Part shown: one piece after another, positions 22,918-37,109 of the stretch
Numbering within the stretch: the first letter of the stretch is position 1
How the letters are laid out: every line of letters begins with the position of its first letter
Origin: Squalus acanthias
Taxonomy: Eukaryota
NCBI GenBank assembly: GCA_030390025.1
Contig: CM059431.1
Span: 109,308,001 to 109,372,000, forward strand
Reading direction: 5' to 3'
Length of the DNA: 64,000 nt
Position numbers and translations under genes: made by a program
The notes under the pieces: model-generated
Seen by the model: only the letters and a program-made list of their open reading frames with translations
Databases searched by the model: none
What the model was told of the DNA's origin: nothing

Positions 22918-23764
22918 CATCAAGTGAGGCTCCACACTAGGAACAGTCAATCGCTAAATTTAATCTATATCCCAACACGATTCTGTGCTTTCAGAGGTTG
23001 AAAGAAAGGGAAAATATCATTCTGAAGTTCAACTCTTAAATTGAGTTTGTGGTGCAAAAGAAGATGGGACTTTAATGATTTTAAACCTTAAATAAGATAC
23101 CAGGCTGTAATAATAGACATCTCCGCACCAGGACATACAACCCACAAGTCTGAAGGGCTTTAATGTGCACTATCATTGGAACCAAAGCAAAATATTGGAA
23201 AAACAAAACAGCCACTAGTCAGTAAGTGCTTGTTGAAATTATTACACATTTGTTCCTCTTCAAATGATATTGTATCTGATCCTCTGCATGTTACTAACTA
23301 CCCCGGCCACTGAAAAAGATTCAGGATGACTTACATTTCTGTATTCGTGAAGGAAGCCATAGACTCTTGAATTTAATGACAGGTATTTGGCCAGTAATGC
23401 TACTATAATTGAGTCTGTGAGCCCTGAATGTTGGTGTCAGCATTAGAGCCACAGCAGGATTTAAACGTCTGAATATTTCTTCTGTAGAGAACAATGTTTT
23501 ACATGGGAGGGAATCCGCTCATTTATTGTGGTGACCTAAAAGCATCTCGTACATTAAAAGAATGGGACTGATTAAAAGATTTTACCCAACTGCAGGAGAG
23601 CCTGCTGTGATAGCAACACACACTTAAAGTATTACACTTTCATGATGCCTTAATGAAGAAAATGCTTAAATCTGAAGTGTCCCTTAATTGCACTTTTCCA
23701 CATGCATAGGTAGATGCTTAACAAGCCTGCTTGTGAAATAAAGATTGCTCATACTCAATCTGTA

Positions 23765-24120
23765 GCCCCTCCCCATCTCTGTAACTTGCTCCAGCCCTAC
23801 AACCTTCCGAGAGCTCTGCGTTCCTCCAATTCTGGCCTCTTGCGCATCCCCAATTTTCTTCGCTCCACCATTGGCGGCCGTGCCTTCAGCTGCTTAGGCC
23901 CTACGCTCTGAAATTAACCTCCCTAAAGCTCTCTGCCTCTCTACCGCTCTCTCCTTCTTTAAGACGCTCCTTAAAAACCTACCTCTGTGACTCATCCCCT
24001 GTCCTAATATCTCCTTATGTGGCTCGGTGTCAAACTTCTTTTGATAATCGCTCCTGTGAAGCGCCTTGGCACGTTTTAGTATGTTAAAGGTGCTATATAA
24101 ATGCCAGTTGTTGTTGTTGT
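23765..24120 (+). mobile_element. L2 LINE 3' fragment
   Basis: LCNLLQPYNLPRALRSSNSGLL..GGRAFSCLGP with a (TTG)n tail. Confidence 0.9.
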
Positions 24121-24205
24121 AGTAAAGCTATATTAAAAACATGAGTCTTGTGGAGAATAACCAAGGTGGGGGGAGGGACATGGCCACTGGAATGACAACA
24201 CAGCA

Positions 24206-25464
24206 ATAAGAACATAAGAACATAAGAAATAGGAGCAGGAGTCGGCCATTCGGCCCCTCGTGCCTGCTCCGCCATTCAATAAGATCATGGTCTTGGCCTC
24301 AACTCCACTTCCCTGCCCGCTCCCCATAACCCTAGACTCCCTTATCGTTCAAAAATCTGTCTATCTCCGCCTTAAATATATTCAATGACCCAGCCTCTAC
24401 AGCTCTCTGGGGTAGAGAATTCCAAAGATTCACGACCCTCTGAGAGAAGAAATTCCTCCCCATCTCCGTTTTAAATGGGCGACCCCTTATTCTGAAACTA
24501 TGCCCCCGAGTTCTAGATTCCCCACGAGGGGAAACATCCTCCCTGCATCAACCTTGTCGAGCCCCCTCAGAATCTTAGACGTTTCAATAAGATCACCTCT
24601 CATTCTTCTAAACTCCAATGAGTATAGGCCCAACCTGCTCAACCTTTCTTCATAAGACAACCCCCTCATCTCAGGAATCAACCTAGTGAACTGCCTCCAA
24701 TATAAGTGTATCCCTCCTTAAATAAGGAGACCAAAGCTGTACGCAGTACTCCAGGTGTGGTCTCACCAGCGCCCTGTACAGTTGTAGCAAGACTTCCCTA
24801 CTTTTATACTCCATCCCCCTTCCAATAAAGGTCAACATTCCAGTTGCCTTCCTAATTACTTGCTGTACCTGCATGCTAACTTTTTGTGTTTCATGTACAA
24901 GGATCCCCAGATCCCTCTGTACCGCAGCATTTTGTAGTCTCTCTCCATTTAAATAATAATTTGCTTTTTTATTTTTCCTACCAAAGTGGATAACCTCACA
25001 TTTTCCCACATTATACTCCATCTGCCAAATTTTTGCCCACTCACTTAATCTATCTATATCCCTTTTTCAGATTTGTGTGTCCTCTTCACAACTTGCTTTC
25101 CCACCTATCTTTGTATCATCAGCAAACTTGGCTACATTACACTCGGTCCCTTCATCGAAGTCATTAATATAGATTGTAAACAGCTGAGGCCCCAGCACTG
25201 ATCCCTGTGGCACCCCACTAGTTACAGTTTGCCAACCTGAAAATGACCCATTTATCCCGACTCTCTGTTTCCTGTTAGTTAGCCAATCCTCTATCCATGC
25301 TAATATATTACCCCCAACTCCATGAGCTCTTATCTTGTTCAGTAACCTTTTATGTGGCACCTTATCGAATGCCTTCTGGAAATCCAAATACACTACATCT
25401 ACTGGTTCCCCTTTATCCACCCTGCTCGTTACATCCTCAAAGAACTCCAGCAAATTTGTCAAAC
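24206..25464 (-). mobile_element. CR1 LINE, 5'-truncated, with frameshifted reverse transcriptase
   Basis: ORF pieces contain YLDFQKAFDKVPH, SGVPQGSVLGP, KFADDTK and RPHLEYC; (TTCTTATG)n tail. Confidence 0.95.
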
Positions 25465-25579
25465 ATGTCACACAATAAAGTAACACCAGAGAGAACTTTC
25501 AGCTAATTGTCTTTGGTCATAGGAAGAAAAAAATCAAATCTATAAAAAATTCTTCCCAGTCCCCAATTAAAGCTATAAC

Positions 25580-26400
25580 GCCTCAATGACTCAGGTGAGA
25601 AATATAGACCAGGATGACCCCAGGATGACCCCCAGTCTGTGCTGAGTTAGCTGATCTCAGATGGGGTGGCAGTATGGGTAGTGCAATTGTCCTTAATTCC
25701 CCAGGACTTGGGAAGATGGAATAAAAATACAGGCAGCATCTCCAATACTGATCACTATCCTGTGCCCCCTGTTGGAAGGTCTACGTGTATATGTGTGGAT
25801 GTGACGTGAGGACAGATTCATTCTCAACTGTGAAACATTCCCTGTCTGGACTCACGCTTGAAGAATGGTCACTTGGACAAGGTACTGAAGGCAATTGGTC
25901 CCCTGGGAATCGTTCTCCTGCAAGGAATCAATGAATTCAGTAAGGTAGCAGGGGAGGGGAGTATATTCGTAGAAGAAGAAAAGGAGGGGAAATATATATA
26001 CCACAAAGCTCTTCAAATACCGGAGTGAACAACAGTGCTCCCCACAGTTTGGTACTACGCAATAGGGAAAAGGTCCAAGGCTCAGTCTTTGGGTTGTGCT
26101 GAAATAGTTGATCTCAGTTGTGGCGATAATAAGGGTGCTACAATTGACTTCAGTTCCCGTGGACTATGGAAATGATAAATTAGCCCAGGTTTGACTTCCA
26201 GATTGGACAACGCAATTTATGGATATAAAATGACAATAAGCTCAGGCTTGGTGGGGGTCCAGTCTGATCAGTCAGGTAGCTTGCCTGCACTATCCTCACA
26301 CATGAAGAACGGCCATTTGCATGAAGTACCACATGCTGACCAGACCAGTAAAACCATTCGTCAACACAAGACACAGCCTTTGGAGAGAAATGGGGTTATA
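25580..26400 (+). mobile_element. Two tandem copies of the old tRNA-headed SINE family (~25580-25960 and ~26030-26400)
   Basis: GTGCTGAGTTAGCTGATCTCAG / GTGCTGAAATAGTTGATCTCAG and TGAAGAA(T/C)GG(T/C)CA(C/T)TTG occur in both. Confidence 0.6.
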
Positions 26401-27171
26401 AAATAATTTTAAAAGTGGAAATTAAAAAATACTACAAGTGCGATAAATAGAACAAGGTTGTCAGTAATGCCGTGTGAGCCTCATACGAGGCCTGACCCCT
26501 TAATCCTTTAAACCATTATCCACACAAATGAGGCCAACCAAATATCTGTCACATCTCGCTGCTGGGCCTAAAACAGTTTCTACATTTTAAACTCATTAAC
26601 AGGAGCTACATCATTGTGAAAAGTTAGGGTGGCCAAACTCCACTCATCATCTTCTCTGTAAGAAAAACACACCCCTGCACATTTCTCATCATCAATTCCT
26701 GCTTGAAAGAGAATTAAAAGCTGTAAAAACAGGAAAAAAAAATATTTTTGCAAACTGATGCAACTTTAGCAAAGTTAACCCGAATTAATTGTAGAGATGG
26801 GAATTTACCAACAATGCTGACCGAACCAAGACTAAACAATTTGAACAGTACCCTTTTCTCTTGCAGGGGCTGGTGATATATTTTATTACCTTTTTCAAAC
26901 AAACATACACCTCATCTATTAGTTTTAATTGTTAACAGTTCCTCCGATCAAGGATGATTGGTTTTAGGATTTTAGTTTTCATACTTCCTCAGGAAGACAA
27001 TGAAAACATTGTTTCATAGCTAGTTTACTGCAATGCCATTATCTTGCTCCTTCAGGTGGGGAAATTCATAAAGACAGAAATTAGTCATATTTAACTCTTT
27101 CACCAACACAACACAGTGCTTAGGGACTTCAACATAGAGGGGACAGGCCAGCAAAATTTTCATTCTTTTTA

Positions 27172-27890
27172 ACAACAACAACTTGCATTTATATAGTTCC
27201 TTTATAGCATAGGCGCTTCACAGGAGCGATTATCGAACAAAATTTGACACCGAGCCACATATGGAGATATTAGGACAGGTCAAAGAGGTAGGTTTTAAGG
27301 AGTGTCTTAAAGGAGAAGAGAGAGGTAGAGAGACAGGGAGGTTTAGGGAAGTAATTCCAGAGCTTAGGGCCTAGGTAACTGAACGCACGGCTGCCAATGG
27401 TGGAGCGATTAAAATTGGGGATGCGCAAGAGGCCAGAATTGGAGGAGCGCAGAGATCTCGGAGGGTTGTAGGGCTGGAGGAGGTTACAGAGATAGGGAAA
27501 TGACAACAACTTGCATTTCTGACTATACAAAACATCCCAAGGCACTTCACATTGAAAGAAAACAGATGCCGCGTGATATAGTGTAAGAGTTAGGAGAAGC
27601 TCTGTTGAAAAAAATAGGTTTTAAGGAGTCTGTTCAAATTGGGGAGAGAAGTAGCAAGGTGAAGGAGTTTAGGGAGGAAGTTCCAAGAGTGGAGTAGAGT
27701 AGGTTCAAGGAGCGTTTGGAGGAAGGGTCCAAACCTTCAGCCATTTAACTTCCATGCTCTGGAATTCCCTCCCCAAATCCCTCTGCCTCCGCTCCTTAAA
27801 ACCCAGCTCTTTACTCAAGCTTTTGGTTACTCCTTCTAATATCTCCTTCTTTGATGTAGCGTCCCTTTTCTGTCTGATTACGTTCAGAAA
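27172..27890. mobile_element. Cluster of L2 LINE 3' fragments (main one on minus strand, 27172-27500)
   Basis: Reverse complement of the L2 tail, followed by older fragments in both orientations. Confidence 0.8.
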
Positions 27891-28149
27891 GTTTGGGGCA
27901 CTGCCACCCCCGGACGCCCAACCCATCCCACCCTTCCCATCCACCGAACCCTCCATGCAACTTTATGCCTCCATGCCAGCTTGGAAGCCTCAGGCCGTCA
28001 GATCCTCATAGACCCAAAGCCAGCGAGCTGCCAATGGATGCTTATTTCAGACGGGCAGTTGGCTGGCACAATGTTAATGAGGTCTGGCCGTTAAAATGGA
28101 CCAGGCCTCCCATTGCTGCTTCCCACCTGGGAGTTAAAATTCCCTCTTT

Positions 28150-28520
28150 TGTAACTCATTGGTAAAGCCACATTGAGAATATTTTGGAGTCTCCTACTAT
28201 AAAGGCACCTTAATGCTGAATCACAAGTCAAGATTATTTAAGATGATTCAGGAAGTCACGGGTCCCAGTACAACACTTACTAGCAGTCTAAAGGTGAAGG
28301 AGAACATGATTCAGACTATCAAAACTATCAGATAATATAGATGTGAGTGAGTTCTAGCTTAGTGGACATGAATACAGTCGCAAACCTGAATAGAAACTGG
28401 AGATTAGAACTTATTCCCCTGGTTATGTGGAATAGATCCCAAGCTAAAACTTTTAACACTGATGATTAATTGATTTAAAGACTGAATAACTATGTAAAAA
28501 TGGGATTGAAGACTATAGAG
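28150..28520 (+). mobile_element. Highly degraded CR1 fragment
   Basis: CATTGGTAAAGCCACATTGAGAATA..TTTTGGAGTCTC..AGTGGACATGAATACA..TGTGGAATAG follows the CR1 LVRPHLEY..TRGH..WN order. Confidence 0.5.
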
Positions 28521-29102
28521 TTAAAGATAGCTGCAGATGATCGAATCCACTTTGAAATACGATGATTCATGGTGTCCTGGAGCCATGAATGAGTCACCTG
28601 TGGAATGCAACCAGTTAGAGATGTACAATCGGTTGTATTGTTGGATTAATATTCTGCAATTTTGGCGATTGTCTTTGTAGGGGGTTGGAAGAAATTCCAT
28701 AGACCTTCTTGTATGTCGATCTGTAGCAGCAGGCTGAGTGGGTTGGGAAGAATTCAAAAAAAGGACAGATTATGTATGATCTGTGGCGTGAACAAGGTTT
28801 ATGGACTGAATGATTTTTTCTTCCCCTGTAATTTACATCATTACAATTGAATCTTTGCGAACCAACATAAGGAATCCTCTGTCAATACTAACATCAACTA
28901 CAGCACTTCAGCTTGGTTCATTTTTATTGTTCTGGAGGCAAAGGGGCAATTAATGCAGGGAAAACAAAAACAACATCAACCACGCAAATTATTGTCGCAG
29001 AGAATAGTGGATCCCCACAAATGATTGTGAGGCAAAACTCATTGAGGAATTCAAGTGACATAAGCATAAGAGCAAACAGTTTTTAACCATCATTTGAACC
29101 TG

Positions 29103-29748
<646 letters not shown>

Positions 29749-30018
29749 TTTTAAATCTCAAAATGAGAGGACGACAGACATGAAACCACTGTTTAAGGGG
29801 ATATGTTTATTCCATTTTGTTTATTTTCTTTTCCTGGCACAAGGTATCATGATGGATGTCAACAGCCAATGCACTCCACGTCATAGATGTGTGCTGATGC
29901 ACATGATGCAAGATTCATTATTTTTAAATCACGCGATAATCAACAGCCAATTATCAGAGAGCATACGTTTGCCACAATTGTATATAAATACTAAAAAGTT
30001 CATGCCCATTTCAAAAAG

Positions 30019-30197
30019 TGAGAAGTCGCACAACACCAGGTTATAGTCCAACAGTTTTATTTGAAATCACAAGCTTTCGGAGCGCTGCTCCCTCGTCAGG
30101 TGAAGTGATTTCAAATAAAACTGTTGGACTATAACCTGGTGTTGTGCGACTTCTCACATTTGTCCACCCCAGTCCAACACCGGCATCTCCACATCAT
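30019..30197. mobile_element. PLE-derived family A inverted insertion
   Basis: Minus arm 30019-30104 and plus arm 30105-30197 including the tail. TSD ATTTCAAAAAG at 30008-30018 / 30198-30208. Confidence 0.85.
30067..30103 (-). ncRNA. Minimal hammerhead motif, family A
   Basis: Minus strand reads TCAC-CTGACGA-G-GGAGC-agc-GCTCC-GAAA-GC-TT-GTGA. Confidence 0.72.
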
Positions 30198-30335
30198 ATT
30201 TCAAAAAGGTCACTGCTTAAATGCAGACAGAATGGAAGAGGAGTTGACAGAGCCTGTGCAGTTAACTGACCCAGCCATGGATTGAGCTAATAAAGCTACT
30301 TGTTGAATCGCTGCCCATAAATATGTTTTTCAAAC

Positions 30336-30750
30336 ACAACAACTTGCATTTATATAGCATCCTTAGCATAGTAAAACGTCCCAAGGCGCTTCCCGAGAGC
30401 ATTATCAAGCAAAATTTGACACCGAGCCATAAAGGAGATATTAGGACAGGTGACCAAAAGCTTGGTCACAGAGGTAGGTTTTAAGGAGCTTATTAAAGAA
30501 GGAGAGAGAGGTGGAGAGGCGGAGAGGTTTAGGGAGGGAATTCCAGAATTATAGAGCCTAGGCAGCTAAAGGCACAACCGCCACGGGTGGAGCGATTAAA
30601 AGCGGGGATGCGCAAGTGGCCAGAATTGGAGGAGCGCAGAGATCTCAGACTGTTGTGGGGCTGAAGGGGGTTACAGAGATAGGGAGGGGCGAGGTCATGG
30701 AGGGACTTGAAAGCAAGGATGAGAACTTTTAAATCAAGGCGTTGCCTGAA
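30336..30750 (-). mobile_element. L2 LINE 3' fragment
   Basis: Reverse complement of the L2 tail family. Confidence 0.9.
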
Positions 30751-31985
30751 AATGGTATTTATCTGTCAGCAGAAAAGAAAGAAAATGGTCCTTCACAGTG
30801 CTGCCACCTCCCAGCAACCATTAACATTTACCCCATAATAAAGTGGGGAACCGTGTTGTTAGAAACAGGATAAAATTCCCAATTTCAGACATGGGCCTAG
30901 ACACGTTCCATTAGCTTCTGCGCTCTTCCGGTCCATTATGTCACAGCGGTTGACACAGCATGGGGTGAGATGGGTCAGTGGGGTACGCAAGACAGATTTA
31001 GCATTCCTCAAATTACTGTCAGACTCATTTATACCAAAGATGAGACCTACCCAATTTCAAAAAGATTCTGGTCAGAGAAGAAAAAAAAAATCTGCATTTG
31101 TCTTAATAAGCCAATACCTCTTCGTCTACTAAATGTCATCTCAACTTAAATCCTTTTATGAGACATTGCATATTATAATTTTACGGAGCCTGTATGAAGT
31201 ACTGTGAAGTACCTTTGCAGAAGGGAAAGAAAACCCACACACGAAAGGAACTGAACATTTGAGGTGGCAGTAACACACCAAGCCGGCCTAGTAAATTGAG
31301 ACATCAGTCCATTACAGCTCAGAGGGGTTAACAGCAAAGTAAACAGGCCATCACTTACAGTAAACATAGCTCCTTCAGTGGCTTTGTTGACGTAAATGAC
31401 TGGGCCCAGCGGGTGCCGATGTAGAAAGGCACAGAAACAGTTGCAGGAAAGAAGAATAGATGTACTCGGCACTGCCTTTGCGACCCACGTAAAAGTCATT
31501 TTAGAGCCTGGCAAATGAAAGGAATTATCTCTGAAAGGACAATGACACCATGGAGACGGGAGATTTGCCGAAAGCCATAATTTTCTTTTTCCCCTGAGGG
31601 GAGGAACCGTGCTGATTTTTTTTAGGCACTTGGCTTAGAATCATACAGCACAGAAGGAGGCCATTCGGCACATCCTGCTTGGCTGGCATGCTGATTTTGG
31701 CTCGATCTGGCGGCTTTCTCTTCCCCCTGCATCCTCCAGTAAATGATTGATTGTCGCGTTCCAGGATTTTCCACCAGTTTGCCACAGAATTTATATTAAA
31801 ATGTGCTTTTAAGTTAAAGTTTGATTTGCAGCTCAGCCACAATGCTGGGGCCAAAGATCAGAAGTCGGACTAAACATCTGTCCAGGTAGCCTGACGCAAT
31901 GGAGGTTCATTTAAAGCAACAACCCCGCAAACATTCACACTAATGAGGAAAAACTGATAAATGTGATGTAAATGTAAACTGCCCA

Positions 31986-32200
31986 TGGTTGGGATCTGGA
32001 ATGCACTGCCTGAGAGGGTGGTGGAGGAGGACTCAATCGTGGCTTTCAAAAGGGAGTTAGATAAGTACCTGAAAGAAAAAAATTGCAGGGCTACAGGGAA
32101 AGGGCGGGGGAGTGGGACTAGCTGAAGTGCTCATGCCATTCAGCCCGGGCTTGACGGGCCGAATGGCCTCCTTCTGTGCTGTAACCATTCTATAATTCTA
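31986..32200 (+). mobile_element. CR1 3' fragment
   Basis: TGGAATGCACTGCCTGAGAGGGTGGTGG..GGGCCGAATGGCCTCCTTCTGTGCTGTA. Confidence 0.85.
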
Positions 32201-32297
32201 GAGGGATTGGAATGTCTCATCCTTCTGAGATTTCCAAGGAGCTGTTTTCAAGAGGTCCATAACTGGACATAGGCAGGATCCAACTGGCCAACCTTCT

Positions 32298-32530
32298 GTT
32301 GCCGAGGCCCTAACCTCTGGAATTCCCTGCCTAAACCTGTCCGCCTCGCTACCTCTCTTTCCTCCTTTAAGATGCTCCTTAAAACCTACCTCTTTGACCA
32401 AGCTTTTGGTCACCTGCCCTAATTTATCCTTATGTGGATTGGTGTCAAATTTTTGTCTTAAAATACTCCTGTGCAGCGCTTTGGGGCTAAAGGGTTAAAG
32501 GGGCTATATAAATACAAGTTGTTGTTGTTG
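32298..32530 (+). mobile_element. L2 3' fragment
   Basis: CTCTGGAATTCCCT..GACCAAGCTTTTGGTCAC..(TTG)n. Confidence 0.85.
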
Positions 32531-33414
32531 GACAGGAACAGAGTCAGGTATCAAACTACCAAAGTTCCTACGGAGAAGGGCTAAAAAGGAACAAAGTCCC
32601 ACATGTTCATGGTCAGTTGGTAAGGTCCACTGAGAGAAGTGCGTAAGATCGACACTGATGTATCTTAAGAAGGGAACTAAGCATGTTCCAGGCAAGTCTG
32701 ATTCAGTAATAAGGCTGTCTAAAATAAAACGTTACTTAGACAGCGCTCTGCGACAGTGTAGCATTTATTTAAAAAAATCTTCTTATTTATCAGGAGGGAT
32801 TGAAGTACGGTAAAATTTCCTGTAATTGTTACTCTATATGTTCATTTACCGACTGTAAAATAAAGCAGCCTAATGATTCATATCAGAGTGCATCTCAGTG
32901 AAGTAGTATTCAGTCTACCTATCGAAAGATTGGAGAAGCGTGTGTGAGGGCGTGTGCGAGGACCATGCCATCCAGTTCATATAATAAAGGAGTCTCATTG
33001 TTGCACACCCAGCTTATGCTATTGTACATCTAGATTTTGTGAAGCAATAGTAAACTCCTGGTCATAAGGGATGCGGGTGAGACCAATGACATTAACCAGA
33101 GGGAATATCTAAGGCAGACCCAAAATTTGTAACACTGACACTCCAACATTTCACTGTGACGTTAATCACTCTATCAGCCCCCCACCCCCCCCACCCCCGC
33201 TCCACCATTGCCATCCTGACTGGTCTCAACACGCACTCCCTCCCAACACCGCCCCCACCCCCACTTTCCTCCAGATTTTGAATCCTTCCAGCATTACATA
33301 TTTCTTAAAACAAGTGTTCAAAATCTCCACCAAGATGGGGCAAATGGTGGGAAGTGGTGTTCCATAATGATCGGTGCTGGGACCACTGTTGTTCATCATA
33401 AATGCAAGCAGTTG

Positions 33415-34567
33415 TTGTTTACATAAATGATTCGAACTTGGGAACTGGAAGTACAATTTCCAAATTTGCAGATGACACCAAACTGGGGGGGCGGAGTTAA
33501 TACTGAAGGCGACACCGACAAAATACAAGAATACATGTATAAACTTGCAGAATGTAAGTGTATAATTGGCAAATGATCTTCAAAAGAGATAAGTGCGAGG
33601 TGGTGCATTTTCGTAGGAAGAATAAGGAGCAACGTTCCCGCTAAGGTGCGCGCGTGCGCGACCGCACAGCAATCTGGAATGTACCGCCCATTGAAATAAA
33701 CAGGCCGCTCACAAATCCATCAGTTGATAAATGTGATGTAAATGTAAACTGCCCATGGACAAAAAAAGTAGTGCTCAGAGGAGTTTGTAGCCTTCAGTAC
33801 AAAGAAAATTTAGAGGGAACATTGATAAGGAGGCCACACACTCCTTGGAAAATAAGAATCTAAATGGGGTACAGGAATAAAGGGATCTAGGGTTACAGAT
33901 TCACAAATCACTAAAAGTAATGATGCAGATTAATAAGGCTATTACAATAGAATACAAAGCAATGGGGTTCATTTTTAGAGGGATGGAATTGAAAAGCAGA
34001 GAAATTATGTTACACTTGCATAGAACCTTGGTTAGACCACACTTATAGTACTGTGGATATTTCTGGTCTCCATATTATAAAAAAGATATAGAGACACTGG
34101 TGAAGGTGCAAAAAAGATTTACAATGATTATACCAGAACTGAGAGGTTATACCTTTCAGGAAAGATTGAACAAGCTGGGGCTCTTTTCTCTAGAAAAGAG
34201 AAGGCTGAGGGGTGACCTGATGGAGCTCTTTAAGATTATGAAAGGGTAGATGTAGAGAAGATGTTTCCAACTATGGGGGAGACCAAAACTAGAGGCCAAA
34301 AATATAAGATCGTCACAAATAAATCCAATAGGGTATTCAGGAGAAACTTCTTTACCCAGAGAATGGTTAGAATGTGGAACTCAAGTAGTTGAGGCGAGTA
34401 GCATAGATTCATTTAAGGGGAAGTTAGATAAACATGCGGGAGAAAGGAATAGAAGGTTGTGCTGCTAGGGTTAGATGAAGAGGGGTGGGAGGAGGCTCGT
34501 GTGGAGCACAGAACCGTCGGGCCGAATGGCCTGTTTCTGTGCTGTACATTCTACGTAGTTCCATGTA
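33415..34567 (+). mobile_element. CR1 LINE 3' portion, interrupted by a hAT MITE
   Basis: ISKFADDTKLGG.., LVRPHL.Y and TRG.KYKI remnants, followed by a CR1 3' UTR. Confidence 0.9.
33630..33824. mobile_element. hAT-type MITE
   Basis: TIRs CAACGTTCCCGCTAA / TTAGAGGGAACATTG with a perfect 8-bp TSD ATAAGGAG (33622-33629 / 33825-33832). Confidence 0.9.
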
Positions 34568-34649
34568 AGCATTTTAAATAGTGAAATAAAATGGCCATTA
34601 CAAATGGAGTGATTACATAATCTGTTTTAAATGGAAACCACTTCCTGTC

Positions 34650-34726
34650 AAAAGCAATATTTAAAATTTATGATTTTAAAAGCAGTATTTAAAATTTATG
34701 ATTTTAAAAGCAATATTTAAAATTTA
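34650..34726 (+). repeat. 28-bp tandem repeat, about 2.7 copies
   Basis: Unit AAAAGCA(A/G)TATTTAAAATTTATGATTTT. Confidence 0.9.
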
Positions 34727-35194
34727 AGTACATGGAGTGACTTCATGCTTAGTTAAGCAACTCCACTAGAGCAATATTTGAAAAACATTTGCAGTATTGA
34801 TTCAGAATATTTATGACTACAGCATTTCAGTAAACAAAGTCAGACGGTGAGACAAGACTTTCGAGAAAAATATGGGAATACCACAGCACAAGGAGTCAAT
34901 GGAAAACCGAATGGTGCTAGTAAATGTTAAAAACCACCGTCAGCCCAACAGCTCAGAAATGTTAACCGGTAGATGGAGTCATTCAGAGCTATTTCAAACA
35001 ATGTCACTTATGCAACAACAACAAAATCAGCTTCTGTTAACGTGTGCGCAGTCACTGCTGCGAGCAGTGTATGATGCAGTCATCTGATTTTATCGCTAAT
35101 CGCACCAAGGTGTCCTTAAGTAAAAGGCACAGTGCTCAGCCAATCAGAACAGCATATTTTACTCTGCTATGAATGAAGTGTGAAGTATTAGGTG

Positions 35195-35606
35195 TCAGCC
35201 TTGGCGCAGTGATAGCACTCGTGCCTCTGAGTTAGAAGGCCGAGGGGTCAAGCGACAGTCGAGTACATAATCTATGCTGACATTTTAGTGCAGTACTGAG
35301 GGGGTACTGTACTGTCAGAAGTGCCGTTTTTCATTTGGGACATTAAACCAAGGCGGACGTAAACTATTCCTTGGCACTTTCCAAAGAAGAGCAGGGGAGA
35401 TCTCCCAGTCTCCTGGCCAACATTCATCTCTCAACCAACATTTATCTCATTGCTGTTTGTGGGGCCTTGCTGTGCACAAACTGGCTGACACATTTCCCTA
35501 CAATGACAAGAGTGAGTACACGTTCAAAGGTACTTAATTGTTTGTAAAGCACTTTGGGATGTCCTGGAGGTTGTGAAAGGCGCTATGTAAATGCAATTTC
35601 TTTCTT
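35195..35606 (+). mobile_element. SacSINE1-like SINE (diverged)
   Basis: Same head, body and tail as 1100-1557, with more substitutions and deletions. Confidence 0.8.
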
Positions 35607-37109
35607 TATTTCCATTAAACTCCCAGTTCATCCACTGCTTTAATGGGCAACTCCCAGAATCGACTGCTCTGTCAAGTACCCACAAGAAATAATCGTAACC
35701 CTGTTAGAATAATATCACCCATAGGCAAGACCTTGAATACATGTAATTTGCAAGCAAGCAGCAAATATCCTCTGTATTGTACAATGACGTAAATAAGTAA
35801 GTAAACACTGTACAAATCAAAATAATAATTTAACATCTTTTTCCCTTATTGGCCCTGAGTTTTTTTCCTTTTTTGCCCCTCCCTAGAGATGACATGGCTG
35901 CGGGTAGGGTGGGTGGAGGGAAGAAGTCTTTAGTCACGATAGTCCAGCCATCGTGGTGTGGGGCAGGCTTGAGCGACCAGCTGGTTTTTACCTGCCCGTC
36001 AATTTTATATGTTCGTAACAGTACATGCAATCTGCTCAAATGCATATTTTTTAAATGTTCCCAATCACTCAACAACAAAGAAGACGTTAACAAAAACAAA
36101 GGAAGGTGGCCTCAACGTTAAGTCCCAATCACAGTGCTCGCAGATGGGGAACATGCCTGGAACGACCTACAGCCCTTGACTAGTCCTATTTTCACATTTG
36201 TCATCTTTACAGGTTACAGCAGAAGGACAAGTTGATCATTTCAGTTATAAAAGATAAAACGGCAGTGCACTCACAACCAGTTCTCATTCCCGATTCTGAG
36301 CTCCTTCCCCACATGGATTTGGGAACCTGAGCTACTGCTTATACAAGAAGCCTGGGAAACATATGAATTGTACTTCCTCACGGCAAACTGCAACTGAATT
36401 GTGCAGACGTAAACAATGCAATCAAATTCTCTGGCTTTTTATTGAGCTCCTATTTAACTAATAATACATTCAGAAACACAAAAAAAATAGGGTTTCTCAG
36501 GGTCTGTGATACTGGGAACATTGAGAGAGGGAATTACTTATGATCCCAACAGCAAGTCAGATGAATTTAGGATGCCATAAAGTTTGACATTTCTTTATAC
36601 ACATGCCAAAAAGATGACAACGTATTTATTGAAAACTTAAAAGACATAGCAGCGAGTGTTTATCAGCTGCTCAATGTGGAGGCTGAAAGCATGAGGCAGC
36701 TTCACCCCTCGGCAGACAAGTAAGGCACAGCTCCCGATGAAGGATAACAAATGACTTCATGGCACAAGCTATTGAAATTCTTTCAGAACGCAATATTACA
36801 AACAACTGAGCAAACAGAGATAAGGGGCACGGTGCGCAAGACTTCGAAATGGGAATTTCTCCTGACCTCAGGAAAACAAGTGGGGCTGATCATGCCAGCT
36901 GTACCTCGCGTTCAGTGCCGTGCCCGTGCTTCATTAACTGCAACAAGGATGGCATGTGTCTTGTTAAAAAGCTAATTACTAAACGCAACACAGGCAATTT
37001 GGTCTGTCAGTTGGTTCCTCATTTCCCTTTGCCTTCCATAACATTGTTTGTCATTTGCCAATCACCAGACTGCCGGGGAGGCCTGTGCTCTGCTGAGTTT
37101 ATTTATATT

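Noticed and set aside
31173..31514. 113-aa ORF
   Set aside because: Non-ATG start in the track and no domain; the sequence looks more like non-coding regulatory DNA.
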